A stretch of DNA of 64,000 nt from Tubiluchus corallicola (Eukaryota; Animalia; Priapulida): the NCBI GenBank assembly GCA_030141605.1, contig JAQGDQ010000073.1, forward strand, positions 248,001 through 312,000, read 5' to 3'. The notes beneath the pieces are model-generated. The model ran no database searches, was not told the origin of the DNA, and saw nothing but the letters and a program-made list of their open reading frames with translations. Both the position numbers and the translations under genes were made by a program. Of this stretch, positions 40,301-55,800 are shown one piece after another. The first letter of the stretch is position 1; every line of letters begins with the position of its first letter.

Positions 40301-43300
40301 TCAGTATATTATCAGTCATTTCAAAAAAATCATAAAGCAACCAAGCGCTGTGGAGCAATGGACTAAGAAATAATAATTACAGAGTAGAGGAGAAGTGTTA
40401 GTGTTCAGCACTAATAATAACTAAACAGTCAGCATAGCACTAAATGAGCTGTTTAAAATGGACGAGTGAAAACAGGAAAATGCCTCTAGACCATTTTATC
40501 TGTCATATTGCCTCCAGCATGGTGGGTCAATGTTCGAATGTGGCTAAGATACAACAGCCAACTACATATCTCATCTTAAATATAAAGACAAACCTTTTCT
40601 TGCTAAATATATATGTTCCCGTCCTGCAAACAACAGTCAACAACATAATTATGTAGTTCCTGCAAAATGCATTCTAAAATCTCACAGCAATGATGCTTCT
40701 TGGACCAATGAAAGTGTATTTCAAATTTAGCCGATGGTTGTTCCCAGACCAAATATGCCTAGGCGGAACAGCTACAAAATGCTTATGGTATAAAATCAAG
40801 TCGGTATTCCCTATAAATTTCATATACAACCGTTAAGCTTCCACTTTTCATCTCTTTTAAAGCAAAAACTACCAAACCATGCCTAACTTATGCTATGGAT
40901 TATGGATTGAACAGGCCATGCAAAAGCGGGCAGAACATTCCAACTACTGAATTTACTACCAGCAGTGAAATATAGCTCGACTCACATTCAAATAGAATCT
41001 AAAAGGTCTGAAGCATAAGAAGTAGAACTTTCTGGAGGTCTCAAAATAGCTCATTTAGAAATGGAAAATTAATGCGAACTGTACAGTTTGAAAACCACTA
41101 ACATGTTTGTAATGACATAAAGACTAAGAATCTTCTATTTGGCATTATAATGCCATGAATACATACCTCCTCGCTGACCGTAATTCATTGGGCCACTAAC
41201 TCTGCCTGATCCACGCATTGAACGTGGTGCCCTCTGTGGTTGCGGGGCAGAACTAAATGTAGCAGCGTCCTTCACCAGGTCAGGCTGGGGTTTGGTCGTC
41301 GCAGAAGCAGGGACTGATGGCTGCTGGATCGTAGATGGTACTGTGAAGTTCATGGACTTCGTGCTCGCCATTTTAGCATATGTCTTCGGCCCCTGGTCTT
41401 CACCTGCAAAACAATCAAACAAAAGTTATAAACTAGCAGTAAGGCTGTCAAAAAGGAATCCAAGACCAGAGAAAGTAAAGCCACTACAATTGTAGAAAAA
41501 TATTTTTTACCAAACTGAACGCCTTAGCTGACAAACTAGAATACTTCATTAAACATATGAACACAACTCAGAGTTCAAACGCCAAGGTTTTTCACTGCAT
41601 TGTAAAAGAGTGTGAAGTTTCAGACCCAGCAAAAGTCTAGGTATATTCTACATTGGATTTCAGAGCTAATAGCAGGAACTTAATCAACCAGGTAATTTGG
41701 ACAAAGCCATCCAATCAAAGCTGAAAAACCACAGCAAACCAGTGGTTGCTCATAGCTAAAATTACTGGGGGTGCTGCTTCAGAAAATCTTTAGCCATTGT
41801 TTTAATTTTGTGTAAACAAACAAACATATGTAATTTTAATATTGTAATTGTAATTTTAGACAAAGAAACAAACATACTAAAGTTTGTACATAAACTTGAT
41901 AAACTCCTAAACAAAAAAATATTTTTTGCTTACTAATAGCCTAAATTGTCGCAGTCCAATCTGTTCACGGTAAGCACGTGACAACTGACAACAAACTGTG
42001 CGAGCAATAGCACTTTCTCTACCTGGGCTCAGACATGTGAGCATGGCCGCATGTGCACAACAGCCAAACACCACATTCTGGAGCGCACTGGGCTGAGCTG
42101 TGAAGCAAACAGTACTACCCTCACATACTCTGGTTCCGTACAAGTATAAAGAAAGAACCAAAGAAAAGACTCATTTCATTGAATATTATCGATAACATCG
42201 AGTGAAAATACGGGGTGTTGTAGTTCTATAGTACTTATACACAAGCCACCAGTGCTGCAAATTTTCAAAGTTTCAAGGCTTTTTTATAACATTCTACAGA
42301 ATTCAGGTGCACATAATCTTCACCTGTTGGCTCAGACTGCATTTCCCCAGTAGCATCTTCCATTGGAGGCACCTCTTGCTCAGCCTCTGGCTCTGACGAC
42401 ACCACGTCGTCCATGGTTTCCGTGGGCTCAGCCTCCTCAACCAGCTGCTCAGGTTCAGCATCATCCAACCCTGCAGTACCATTAGTCGTTGGCACAAGCT
42501 CATCATGCTGATAGTACTGAGCCGGAGCTACAACTTGATTTTGTAAGTTGTTTTCAGTTAGGCCTTCCATATCCGTCTCGGCTGAAAATGAAAACTCAAA
42601 TCATTGCAAACAAATAAATCAAGAAAGCACAAATTGCTGATAACAGATAAAACGAGTAAGCACCTTGGGCCAACAAAATTACAAAACAATATAGAATACG
42701 ATCACTTCAAAAAAGCATAAAATCTGAGATATCTGTACAAATTTTCGTGCTTAAACCATGCACCAGTATGGTTAAACTTTGCTTACCAATTAACTGCTGA
42801 TACAGTGAAACAACTTCAGAGAAAAGTTTACAGTGTGATCTTTAGCTTAAGTTTTTCAGTAAGGACTGCAGCTGTTAAGCATGCTTGCAAAGTTTCACAA
42901 AGCAATTTAGATATAATTTCCAGAATACTTCTTAATTAAGGCCTTAAATTCGTATATTTTCAGACGAAAGTAAAATGTAAATCAAAAAGTTTTACAAACT
43001 GTGTAAGAACAGCAAGTCTAGAGATATAAAAGTCAAAACAGGAAAAACACACCAGAGCATAAAGTTATGTCAGAATTTTTAGATCTCTTTTCCATTTAAG
43101 TTTGGCAATATAAAATTGTAAGTAAAAAAATATGTATAAAAATGAGAATTTAAATGTCCATGTTAAAAGCATTTAGACAGCAACACAAAAAAACTTTAAA
43201 AATCAGGTATTTTTCACTAAAGTGCAAGCAATAACAAACTGAAGATGATGTTTGAGTAGAACGATATTCCAGTATCATGTAAAAGTGCATGTACAAATAC

Positions 43301-46300
43301 CAAAGTCTGTGAACATGTGGTCCTTACCTGTTACAGTGCCAACATCATCAACTTCACTCTCGTTATCATTGAAAACTTCGTCTTGGTACCGAAAGATGTC
43401 ATTGTGCACATAATACTTTTTCGGGGATTGCGGCGCCAAGACAAAGGTTTGCATAAACCGTCTCATAGGCTGTCCGTTGTTCGACAGCTCACCAGTCACC
43501 TGTATGCAGGAAAACTTTCTTATAAAAACCAACCTTATAAAAAAAGAAAGTTTGGTATTTCTTTCCTGCATTAAACATTGCTGAATGTAGAAATAAATCA
43601 TTTTTGAGATTTCGCTATTATTAGCAACACAAAATCTACTCTAAGCTATACTGTCTTATCACTAAAAAGTTCACTAAACCACTGCAAAGAAATTACAAGT
43701 GCCACAAACTGAGACACCAAAGCAAATGTTGTGCAGGTGTTATGGCTATTTTAAGCTATTACTGGGCTGATGTAATGATGCTCAAGGGACAATTTTTTTC
43801 ATACTACATTTCCAGCTTCTACCGTTACTACTTGAACTGTGAAAACTGTTTGGCTCTTTTGTTTGCAACTGATAAAAAGGGCACCAATTTTACTTTGATT
43901 TATCTTTGAACAGCTCTGACCCACTTCACTTTTTATCGGATTTATGGAGCTATTTAAAATAATTACCTTTGACAAGCTTTGTCCAGAAACTTCTTTATTT
44001 GCTGTAGGAGTGCCATATCAGTACTCGCAATATGCGAAAAAGATGTAATTTGAACGCAATAACATTTCATTCACTAACTTAAGACCTGGACACATCTTAT
44101 AAATAATTAGCAACTTTAGTATATACAAAACCTGGATGTTTCACATTACAGGCAAAAAACTAACAATTTTTAGCACCATATGAAACCCGAGTAACTGCTG
44201 TGTACCTGCACCACAACACCATTGCTAAGTGTAGCGTGACTGTCCACCTGGCGGATTTTGGCGTGGCAGTCTCGAAAGTTCAACTGCATGATTTTCTTGT
44301 GAATTTCCTAAATCCGAAGAAAAAAGAAATAATAAAAAATCGGTAAAATCTTGTAAATTAATATGTGTTAAATTCAATACACACATGGTTAAAGTTTAAT
44401 CAATTGAGCAAGATAATGTAAGTCAAGCAGCTGCTGAAATTAAAAGTTTCCATTTGGAGTCGAAATGAAGTTAATGAAGTTGTAGTTAACAGGAAACAAT
44501 TTCCAGGTAAAGAATTTCACAGAATTATAAGGGGAAAAAAAGAAGCATCAAGAAAGCTTTATGTCACAGCAGACTTTGATAAGAAAGATTGCAGGGTTGA
44601 TCTCCAAAACAGAGCTGATGATAGCATTTTGCAATTTACCAAATTGGTATAAATAAGGGACTGGGGCATCAGCATATGTGCAGCTGCAGTACTCCAAGGA
44701 AGAATAAATGATAAAATAGAGTATGGTACGATATGCAAAAGATCTGATTTTGCACTAGGCTTTAGATGCTGTAGTAAGTGAGCTAATTTATGATTCGTAC
44801 CTGCTGCCCTTGTACTGGTTCCTCCTCCTTTCCTCCTTCATCAATGCTTCCATGAAGAAATAATGAGTTGTGACTATAAAACCTAAAAACAAAAGACAAG
44901 CATCCATAAACACTAATGGTCTAAGGATCAGTTCTAACTACTTATCAAGCTTCTGTCACCAATACTTCTAATAAACAATTTTACAAATTTGGTTAACACT
45001 GACGTGTACAGAATCAAAGAAGAATATAAAAATACTACAACAAAATCTCAGCATGAATTCCTGTAAACAAACTTGAAAATCAAAAATTAAGACTGACAGT
45101 ATACTTCTACATTCACACCCCATCAAAATGTGTGTGAAACAATCTTGAAACAAATTTAATCTGTGTGGCAGAATTTTGGAAAAGTCTCATTTGAACCAAT
45201 CAAGTTTATGTTCAGTCAATCGGAAGGATATTAATTTTACTGTTTCTTATAATGTTAATAAAAGGGCACGTCAATGCTTTTTATTATAATATACCAGCAC
45301 AAGCTGAAATAATAATATACAAAATTTGTCCTCACATATCCCAATTCTAACACATAAAAATTTGTTCTTTAGTGATTCAGTTCTAATTTAAAGAATTGGT
45401 TGAAACAGACCATATTTAAAGCTCAGGTTAAAGCGTCGTCATTCCATCATGTGCAGTATAATGACAGCAGGCATCTGTCGCTGACACACGAGTTTCAGAC
45501 GCAAATTATATCATCATAGCAAAAAAGTAGTTGTGAAATAAAAAAGATGCAATGATAGGGAAAGTATAGAACTGCTCAATGGTATGATTAATCATTGAAT
45601 ACTGGCAACATGTAAAGTTGAAAACATTAATAATGTAAGGTAGATGATAATTATTAGCCCATACGACAAAACTGTGCAAGCAGAAAAAAATTGATTTTGT
45701 AGATATAGGAGAGGTGAACCTAGTTGGACATCTGAAGGGTTAGAAACATCTCTAAATGAACATTTGTGGATAAGTAAAAATGAAAGTTTTGTTTTTACTA
45801 AATAATGTGAACTAATTGACACTTAATAGGTTCATGTGTGGTAATAACAAACCTCTTGTATAAAGAAGGCCTACATTAGGACACACTAATTAAGACAATT
45901 AAGAAAAACTATAAATTTTAATGTTTTTTGCAGTACCTCAAGTACTTTATATAAATTATTATCAACATGCGTATTGACAGCTTATTTAACCTGTAAAACT
46001 ATCTTACTACCTAAGCTATGACATCAATTTTATAGAAGATCTGGTGATTTATTCGATAAGCTATTACTGTTAAATTAATCAGTAATTGTGATGGTCAACA
46101 ACAAAAAGCTGAGGCAAGTAAACAGCTATCAATTACGTACTGCAATTAAACAGAGTCACAAGCTTTTTCCTTATATAATTCCATTCATTTCAGCTTTCGA
46201 AGAAAAACCGATATAATTTATGCCGAAATTTCCTTCACCACTAATTAAAATTCAGATCTAAGCTATTTTTCAGAGAAAGTTATTGTCCTTTTTAACTCAT

Positions 46301-47137
46301 TCAAGAATGCAACTTTACTATGACACATAACAGGCAAATTTATTGCACATATTCAGTGCCTTTAGTTTTGATAAGAGGCCTGCTGTACAGCACAGCTAAG
46401 TGTTTACATGCTGTGTCAATAATGATCCTAGTGATGCAATCGTATTTCACAGTTAACATGTAAAGAGCAGGGACCTCGCATGTAAACAACCCAGTTACTG
46501 TACTGACACAGCCACACTTCCTACAAGTACAAGATAATTTCTAGACAGCTAACTACAACGTTTAAAATAACTAAATTTACACCACAATAATTAATAGATT
46601 CAATCAACCACTTTGTGAAATAACCAAACTTATAAATTGCAAACCATTACACGATTATATTAGTTATAATGGATTTATTTTAAATACTGAACAGCTCTCA
46701 ATTTGTAAATTTAATCCTGCCTTGACAATCTGAGTTTACGACAATTATAAATTTTTAAATCTTGGGTTCACATGAAAAGACTACTACCTTAAATTTCAGT
46801 TTTCTTAAGAAGATTGACATTTTATCACAAAATCAATTAAACAGGCTCAACACAAAACCAAACTTGAAATCTGTCTTTCGGCTAGCATAACGCACTCAAA
46901 TACAATGTACTGTACTTGTGATAAATCACAAATGATTTTGTTGCAAAAACTATTACTCTGGGATTTATTGGATAAACTAAGAAAAACAAAACCGTGCAAA
47001 GATTAAATGAATACTGAGAGCTTTAAATGTTACCTGTGTAGATGAAGAGGTGCCTCATGTAGCAAGGTATAGTACTGGCGTACAAATTCTCGTCCGACAC
47101 ACTGCGGACTTGGTACATCATTGCTAGCCATCACCAT
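37304..47137 (-). CDS. G3BP: G3BP/Rasputin stress-granule protein (NTF2-like, acidic, RRM and RGG regions)
   Basis: Exons 47137-47034, 44882-44801, 44307-44206, 43499-43328, 42581-42324, 41403-41167, 40183-39908, 38444-38380, 37585-37304 join in frame. Motifs [78 protein letters not shown] and an RGG tail. Confidence 0.97.
38968..39102. mobile_element. Short inverted-repeat element with internal CCCTA/CCCTAA repeats
   Basis: Inverted ends tacaattccccacaca / tgtgtggggaattgta. Interior has two copies of taccctaccctaa. Lies in a G3BP intron. Confidence 0.65.
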
Positions 47138-49331
47138 GACCTCTGACACGAGTTTATTTACAATAAACTACAAATTTACAAGAACCTAAAAAAGAGTGAG
47201 ATTCTGTGTAAACAATGCAACCAGTTGCACATCTTACCAAAAAATGCAATGTTTTAAAAAAAGGATAAAACTTACATAAGTGAAAATACCAATGAATATA
47301 AGAAAAATCTGCTCAAATCACTGTAACAAAGTTAAGATCCACAATAGCATTTAAATACTAACACATTGCCTAACATACTTTTGGCAGAAATACTTTTTCA
47401 TTGAACAAAACCCAAGCTCGATACAACACAGGTAAACTGTTTTTTGGATATATAAATTTACAGAAGTTCACAACAATATATTTATAACAGAAAGATACAA
47501 ATCTTTAATAATAATGTAAAGCTAAATTTTGATTACTTAAAACACAAATAATTTTTTTATTTTTCAAGACTCATTTTTACAAACAAAGAATTGTCAAAAC
47601 AAGGCATGATACTGGTGAATGAGTCACAGACTCAAGATATTGGGGACAACAAAAATAACATGCAAGTAGGAACACATTAGATTTGTTAAGCAAAGTTCAA
47701 AAGGATATGCTATGTAGGTTTTATCTATATGGAGCAATTGATGCAGGGTCAGTTGTATTAACTGTTCAGTTAGTGTCATCAATCATCTAAAACTGTCCGC
47801 AAGCCAGAGCGACAATAAAAATACTTTTATTTGCGCCCAATTGCCCGGGTAACACTTTTATCGTACACCCAGCCAGGAATTCTATACTTTTTGTACATTC
47901 ACATTTTTTAAATTTAATTGTAACAGCTAAGTTTAGGCGAGGACATAGCCATGTTTTTCTTCGGCTAACCTTCGACAAAGGTTGCCGTAATGGGCGCTAA
48001 AAAGTAAGAAGTATCGTATTTGCCATCAAATCAGAGTATTAATGGCTGAGTAGTGTTGCCGTTTATATGATAATTATCAGAACATACGTTCCTACAATAT
48101 GAAAAAGAGACTATAGGATAATCAATATTTAGTAAACTAAACAAACAACATGTGAAAAAACTTGCATTAAAAAAATTTAAAACGTTAGTGCTAACAAGTG
48201 GGAAATAAACAAACTTTTAACTGATTTTAAATATTGCACGATTCAGCTTAAAACACATTCAAAAAGCTTTAGAAATATTTAAAAAAAACATTTTTGCCTC
48301 TCCCCACTGAGCTCATGAGGTAAGACAATTTTTTTATGTAGTTTGCCCCAGTCAAGGGATCTTTAGATGACATCTATAATGCTGCAGAGTTAAATGTCAT
48401 CACTCATTGTTACCATTACATAGTAGTCAATATCAGTTGAGGCATCAGTGCACTACACAAAATTTCTTCAGATTCTCTCTATAAAATGAAACTCTAATCA
48501 AGGTAGTGGATAAGGGGTGTTACAAGTACCTAAGTGCACAAAAATGATTATAACACATAATTCTATTACTGATAATGTTTCTCCTTATTTTTCCGTTGGG
48601 ATTATAAGGAAAAGGAAAACAATGGTAGAAGCAACATCATAAAAACGGAGATTGATACTCAGGCACATTCCTAAGATCAGGTACAACAACCAATTTATCA
48701 AAACTGAGAAAGATGAAGGCCTTTTAAAAATGTCACCTATTTGTAAAAATTGTATTAATAGGCTGTTTCTTGCATGTAACTGAAAACACAATCAAGCTAT
48801 TAAACTGCGATAGTCACATCACTCATTAGAATGAAGCAACAAAAAATAAAAGGCAGTTTTTCAATTCTTTCGCTATCAAGTGCAGCTTCATGTATATAAG
48901 ATGTAATTCCTGTAAGTTTTATGCAATAGTTAACAAAGCTGTTATTGGCACTTTAATTTATAAAGTTGAGCTTTCAGTGTGAACACGGTCATATCAGTTT
49001 CCTTTTCCAAACGCTGTTTTGAGGGAAAATATGTCTGCCTCCATGTGAACTTCGACAAGAACTTTATCTGACCTCACAGGAAAAACTACGAATCAGGCCA
49101 AATTTGTGGTTAGAGCACGTAAATAACTACACAAAAGAAACTGCTAGTACTTTTCCTGCAAATATGGGTACAGGTCGCACCTCGCCGAAGATAAATAAGT
49201 AGCGAGCTCGGTTTTTCTTTCTCGAAAAACCGCAAGAACAGTCCGTAACACGCAAACAAATGGCGGGACATGCGGACAAAAATAACAAGTTTTTACTACA
49301 CTCTTGAGAAAGAATAGTAAACAACTGCTTA

Positions 49332-49560
49332 CCTAAAACACGTATACTGGTTGCCTAAAGACAAGACGTTATACATACATCAGAACACAAGTAATGTGCG
49401 CCTCACAGACATATAATTTAAAAAAAATTTAAGAGAAATATCGGTATTGTTACACATGCAGAGTTAGGTGGTAGTCACTAAAGTACGCATGTGTGGTTTG
49501 TGAACACCCCTGCGCCAAGCTATGAAGACCCCAAAGTTGCATTGGTTCCGACCATAGAGC
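49332..49560 (-). promoter_or_regulatory. Candidate G3BP non-coding first exon and promoter
   Basis: AG|GTAAGC donor at 49331 in a CpG-richer stretch (49130-49560). The ATG exon is preceded by a ttttttag acceptor near 47186. Confidence 0.45.
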
Positions 49561-51059
49561 CGTCCAAATGTTGATCACATTGGCAATTTAAGCATAAGTT
49601 TTGATTTTTTACAGTGTTACTTTACAATGTAATAACTGCAGTACTGAAGCGAGCTAGCAAATGGATTAATAGTTACAAGAAAAACTATATGTATAGGCAG
49701 TTGTAATATGAGTGCTTCTTGAGCCTGTCATCACTAAGATTAATAACATGAATAAAAATTTCAGTGTTATAACATGAAAGACATAAATAATCTATTTTGA
49801 GATCATAAGGAGCATTCAACACTTTATTCAGGTTACAGGCAGTTTTATTTGCCAAACTGCATCCAGCATCCTTACGAGAATATGTAATATTTATCATTAA
49901 GACTCTCTGCCAAAATGTTCAGGACATGTTTCCTATTACGAGAATTGTATTTGATAGTGAGTTAGATTCCTGTCCCGTCACAACTACTCAGCATTAATAT
50001 TAGGCCCTATTTTTTAATACTAGATGCTTGCCGTATGAAGTACGAGTATGAAACTTTATAGACATGCTGACAAATTACACATGCACACTTGAGTTACTGT
50101 ACACCACATAAACTGCATGAAAATTAAAGTAAGTTAAGCATAAAGTAGCAATGGAAAGTCTTTGCCTGATGCTCTTGTTTTTATTCTAAGTTTTGAAGCC
50201 TGCGAGGAGATTTTCAGACATTCAATACCAATTAATGTTATAGCACTATATTCTAAATACAATGTTGCTCTGATTTTGCTTGAAACTGGCAAAGTTACTA
50301 TCCAAAGATGCAAGTTAATTGATATTAATTGTTAATAAGATGTTAATTAATACCCACTGATGCAAATTCCATAAAATCATTTTTCATAAAATCTAGTTTT
50401 TTAAATACACGATATAAAAAAGATTAATAAAATTAAATTTCTAAATATGATGTAAAATTAGCTGTAGAGTGTATTGTCATTTGCAATTTGAATTTTATAT
50501 ATTTTTTAATTTCTTCTGTGTAGAGCTACCCCTTATTTTGTCGGGATTTATTCTCGTTGTTTGTTTAACTAGAGCAGCCGATCTTTTTGCATAGCTGTCT
50601 GAAGTAACTCAGTCATAAAAAACCCAAAAAACGTTGAAAGCATTAATTGCCTTTTCCATCAAATTTGACATTGTGTGACACTTTTTATTTGCATCGTCAT
50701 TAAAAATGTATATGTATGTATATTATATAGCTCCCATGAGCAAATTAAAAATGTTATTAAATAAAGATATATTTTAAATAAATACCATGACGGTCAATTT
50801 TCAATCTTCAAACATTACTTCTGCTATATAACAGGAACAATGTTAACTCCAAATGCTCATTATATGCTTAATATGCCTTGTGAGCTTACCAAACAATGTC
50901 ATTATAACGTTAAACTCGATCATTTATCATAAAAGAACAAATGTGCCGAATGACTGTGGTTATAAGTGTGCATGTAAAAACATCTTGCCTACAGCACACA
51001 TTTACAATTCCCATTCATGCAGATGGCATTCATGATTCTGATAGCACTGGGTGTCATTT

Positions 51060-51200
51060 GCCGCAATATCTCAGAACTAGCCAGTGTTTACTATTTTGGC
51101 TGCTTGGGTGAAAGTCTTGCAGTTCCAAATCCTTATTGTTTGAGAATGGAAGGAATATGTGTAGGAGAGTACGTCAATGTAAGGTAAACTAGAAATCTCA
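51060..51200 (-). mobile_element. Possible CR1/L2-group LINE C-terminal remnant
   Basis: Minus-strand YTYSFHSQTIRIWN resembles the YSFFPRTIRxWN terminal motif. Confidence 0.4.
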
Positions 51201-52813
51201 TTCTTAAAAATGCTGAACTAACTTGCAGGTCTTTCCACCTGTGTTTTAGAAGGACATCAACAGTGTCACTTGAAGTTAATCATTACCAATGCTGATTTTA
51301 CTACTAAACAAAACAGTAAATCAAGAGAGCTTAGTTAAAGTTAGCTGACTTAGTTAAAAAGGGTAACTCTTTAATATAGAAGCAATTCCATTACTGAGAG
51401 GTAGTAAACACCCAGTAGGAAAACGTTTTTCAAAGCATTCACTTACACTGTATGTAAGTTAAAATTATATCTGTTAGAAAAAAGTTGTGAAAGTTTAGCA
51501 TAGAATTATGATTTTAACAAAAATGATTCTGTCCTCCAAAGTAATTCAAATTATTTCGTTTAACCTAAAAAAGGAAAAAGGTTTATTCCTGCCAAATGTT
51601 TTATTAGCCTTATTTGCAAAAGCAATCTTTTATTGTTAAAGGCACTTAAAGCACATTTTTATTTTCTTTTAACAACAATATTTATTCGAAATAATCAGTC
51701 CTGTAAGTGTTTGTTAATTTTCATATTGAATGAACAAAGTTCACAATTAGTTGTTTGTACAATAATTAATAATACACTTGATAGTAAAATTGTAACTTAT
51801 TAAAATGTCGGTTTGTGGATCGTTTCTCAAAAAACAGCAACAGAACTTTTTTGCTGCTCAGGGTTTTCAAGTCCAAAATTTATCAAAAGTACAATCAGTT
51901 TAATTGATTGTGTGAGCAGTTTAATATAGGAAATGCTAAATAGGAACATGGTAATTATGGCAGCCACTGGGTAAGCAGAAAGTCTCTGGATCAACTCCAG
52001 TCTATCTAACTTTTTACCTTTTCTGTTTTTAAGTTTAACTTCAATTTTCAAATGTTGGGAGCTTTGCTAATTTATTGCTAACAATAATCTTGATATTAAG
52101 ATCATAAATAACTAACCAATTACCCACTTGAATCTTAAATTAGACTCAAAATTCACAAATCAAAATTTATCTAACTAATTAGTAAGAATGATTTCAGTAT
52201 GAATGACTTAAGCTTGGAAATGCTGAACCGGTTGGTCACTTATGACTAACCCAACTTTGGACTGTCATGATTGCTTGCAAGAAATGTTAGTCGACTGGCT
52301 AGTCCTAGCGGTTATGGTCCTAGTCTTACCTTGCAAATGAGATTCGTGGAAGGTGTTTAGTTTAAATACAGGTTAGCTGTTTTCCAACTTTTCAATTTTG
52401 GCTTTAAACTTTGGTCAGAAGTGAGTTTATAACGTCAGTTGTGGATCACGTCATAAAAATTACTTGATCTTGCGAAATTACTCTGGCTTAAGGTCGTTGA
52501 TTACTTTTTTAATTTTTTTTCACTTGATTACTAGTATTTACTACATCCTTGTTGGTACTCAGTAACGTGGCACTATATTTACCTTGCTTTTTTCATGCAC
52601 ACATACACAAGCTTGGAATTTTTTGTTGAAGTCGTCAACATGCATGTGTAGTTTGTGCAGAGAAAGAGAGCGCACACGTTGCCAACTGGTCACATTGATC
52701 ATGTGCATCTGGAACTGATACTTAAACAGAGTTGGTGCAATAAAGTTAAAATGAAATTAAAGTTACATTATTCCGGTGTGTTTTACATTAGCGAATATCT
52801 GGCAGCATTAAGT

Positions 52814-55800
52814 ATGGCGCTCTGTCGAAAGGAATTTTGGTTAACTTTAGGGCAATTAACTTGCGGAAGTTTAAAATTGCTGACTAAAAAAGGCCAAAAT
52901 GATTGCAGGTGAATGTACTCATGTATATTAGTATTTTATTTAGTAATTTGTTAGGGGGGCACCACTGAGAAGTTAGGTTTATGCATAAATCTGTTACGTT
53001 AGACTTATTATGTTAGAGCCAGGATCGGTTTGACATTGACAGTGAGAACAGCAAAAAGAAATTTTGAACGGAATATCTGCTACGAATCGAAAAGTAACCG
53101 CAAAGCTTTCTGGGCCTACATAAGCGCCCATATGATCAAAAAGGAGGGAGTGCGACCACTAAATGGAGCAGATAATAATACGGAACAAGAAAGGGCTAAT
53201 GAATTACAGATTTTTTTCTTCTGTTTTTACACATGAAGACGTAACTAACATTACTCAATTGCCACCAATTACGGAACGTATGCTTGATGTGCTTTAATTG
53301 GAATTACGTACTAAAATCAAATGCATGAATTTAAACACTGCAGAGGGACCAGATGGCATACATGCTAGTGTTATAAAGAAGAACAAACACTGTCTAATTT
53401 ATCTTATGCTAGTATATATATATTATAAATCTAAGTTTGGCAGTGGGTATTTTACCAGCAAGCTGGAACTGTGCATATGTGTCTTCTATTTTTAAAAAAA
53501 GGGGATCGGCAACTTGCAAAAAATTATATACCTGTAAGCCTGACTTCGGTTGTCTGCAAACTGTTGGAAGGAATATTAAGGGACAAGATTTGCGACTATC
53601 TTACAAAATACAACAATAAGCGGCATGGATTCTGGTCAGGAAGATCATGCATAACCAATATTTTGCAATCACTAAAAGAATGGGTAGGTATACTTGAATT
53701 ACCATGGCGAAGTCGATGTAATTTACTACGATTTGCGTAAAGCATTTAATACAGTTCCCCTTTTAAGACTACTTAGTAAGCTAGAGGCATATGGCATTGA
53801 AGGACAATGGATTTATTAACATGGATTGGAGCTTTTCACTGTGTGAGGAAACAATGTGTTATAGTAAATGGTCAAAAATCAGACTGGGCGGATGTCATCA
53901 ATGATAAACCTCAGGGCAGTGTTTTAGGACCTGTGCTATTCACGATGTACATTAAAGGTTTTCCTGATATCTTTACCTGTGGTAATAGGTAACCTCAACT
54001 TAACCTCTATCCTTCGACGATAACGGTAACGGTAATAAAATCGCACAATTATATGAATAAAAAAATTTCTTGTAAATGATTATGTTTCGAAAACACACTA
54101 GTTTTGATCTTCAGGTTATCATAACATAATAATCTAAGAATTCCAAAATTCAAATTCAAATTAAATCTCAACATTTGGTAATGTGGAAAACCTTTTTAGA
54201 CAAGAGTTAATAATTAGATGCATGCATGTGGTCATTATTTAGACTTGATTAATTCTTAATTATTCAGTTATTGTCAAAGAAACTTAACAAATAAAGGCTT
54301 TTGCAGAACGATTGAAATGTTCTGGATTAATATTATAATTTCATCTCTACACCACACTCAATATTAGAATTACCTGCAGCATACATTTAAGTGTGTAAAC
54401 TGCAAATGAAACAAGTAAGGGCATATTTAAACTTTTGTATTTCTAGGATTAAGACCGTATTGTCCATGCAATTAATTTTTGTATGAAACTGTCTCGCAGT
54501 TGCTTTTCTAAGCTACTGTTTCGATTCGTTAGTCAACTGATAACTGAGTGTGTTTGTATGGTTGTTATTTATTATCATTTAGATGCCTGTTGAAGACCTT
54601 TAAGGTTGTCACCTTTTTCAGAAACAAAAATCAAGAAATTTAAACCACAAAGTAGTACAAATTTCTTGATTTTAGATTCTAAAAAAGGCCTAAAACCCTA
54701 AAATTTACAAAAGTGCAAACCGTGTACATCAATTTTTTGGAATTTCTTCCCAGTCCCACTACATTTCTTACGTTTTTGAGATTTCTGGAGATAGATGGTT
54801 AATGTTAAAAGAATTAAAATTAAACCGGAAGAATAGCTGCATTGCAGTACTTGCCGCTGCAGCAAAAGTTTGGCGAAAAATGTAGACAGCATTAAATGAT
54901 GAAGCCACATAAGTTTACTATTTTACCTTTCTGCTGTTTTAGCTTGGCTGTAATGGTTTAATAACATGCAAAATGTATTTCCATGTTTTCCACTTGAATT
55001 TTAAAGTGATGGTCAAAATCAGGCAAAATTTCCGAATTTTACAAAAATCCGCCTGAACTACGCATGTATGGCTATATTTTAGGAGACTCCACATCAAATC
55101 AGGAGCGGTGGCAACCATAAAGACCCTGTGTGGGTAGAAAACTAGGCTGTTTTTTATTTCGTACTGTGCTGGTAGACTTTACTGTGCTGTAAAGTTTACT
55201 ATAATAGTAGTATACTTAGCTGCAAGCGGGTTTGGAAATTATAACACGAGTCTTCTATGAATGTACCACAGAATAGTTTTTATGAAGAAGAGATATGGTA
55301 GAAATTATTCCTTTCCGTCTGAATGTATGGGTGGCTGAATAATGTCACAATTATCTGTTATCCTTAGCGCTTCATTTACTGTGTGAAATTGCAAAACTTT
55401 TATGGCTTGCTTACTTTTATTTCAGTTGATTTGTTAAAATACTTATTGATTGTAAAATGATCAAAATTTTGCATAGTAGTGGATTTCTGTTATAAAATTT
55501 TTCAAGTCAAATTACTTCAGTACTAAGCATATATAGTGTTGCATGTGTTGCACAATATTAAAATGATTATACACTATGCAGTTTTTACAGTTAACTTTTT
55601 TTGGGTGGTAATTTCCACTATAATTGTCATTTTGGTGCCAAAAGAAAAGTCAAAGCAAAAATTCATTCAACTAAAGGGAGTTTTCAATTGTTTCTTTTTC
55701 ACTGAGCTGCACTATCCTTGGAAACTTTGTTCTTAAAAACATGCAGCAGAATAAAAGCAATCAATGATTTATGGTTACTTATAGAGCGCCTGGTGTTGGA

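Noticed and set aside
48308-48328. tgagctcatgaggtaagacaa, resembling the reverse complement of ~22467-22487
   Set aside because: Short dispersed-repeat fragment 26 kb away with no evidence of function.
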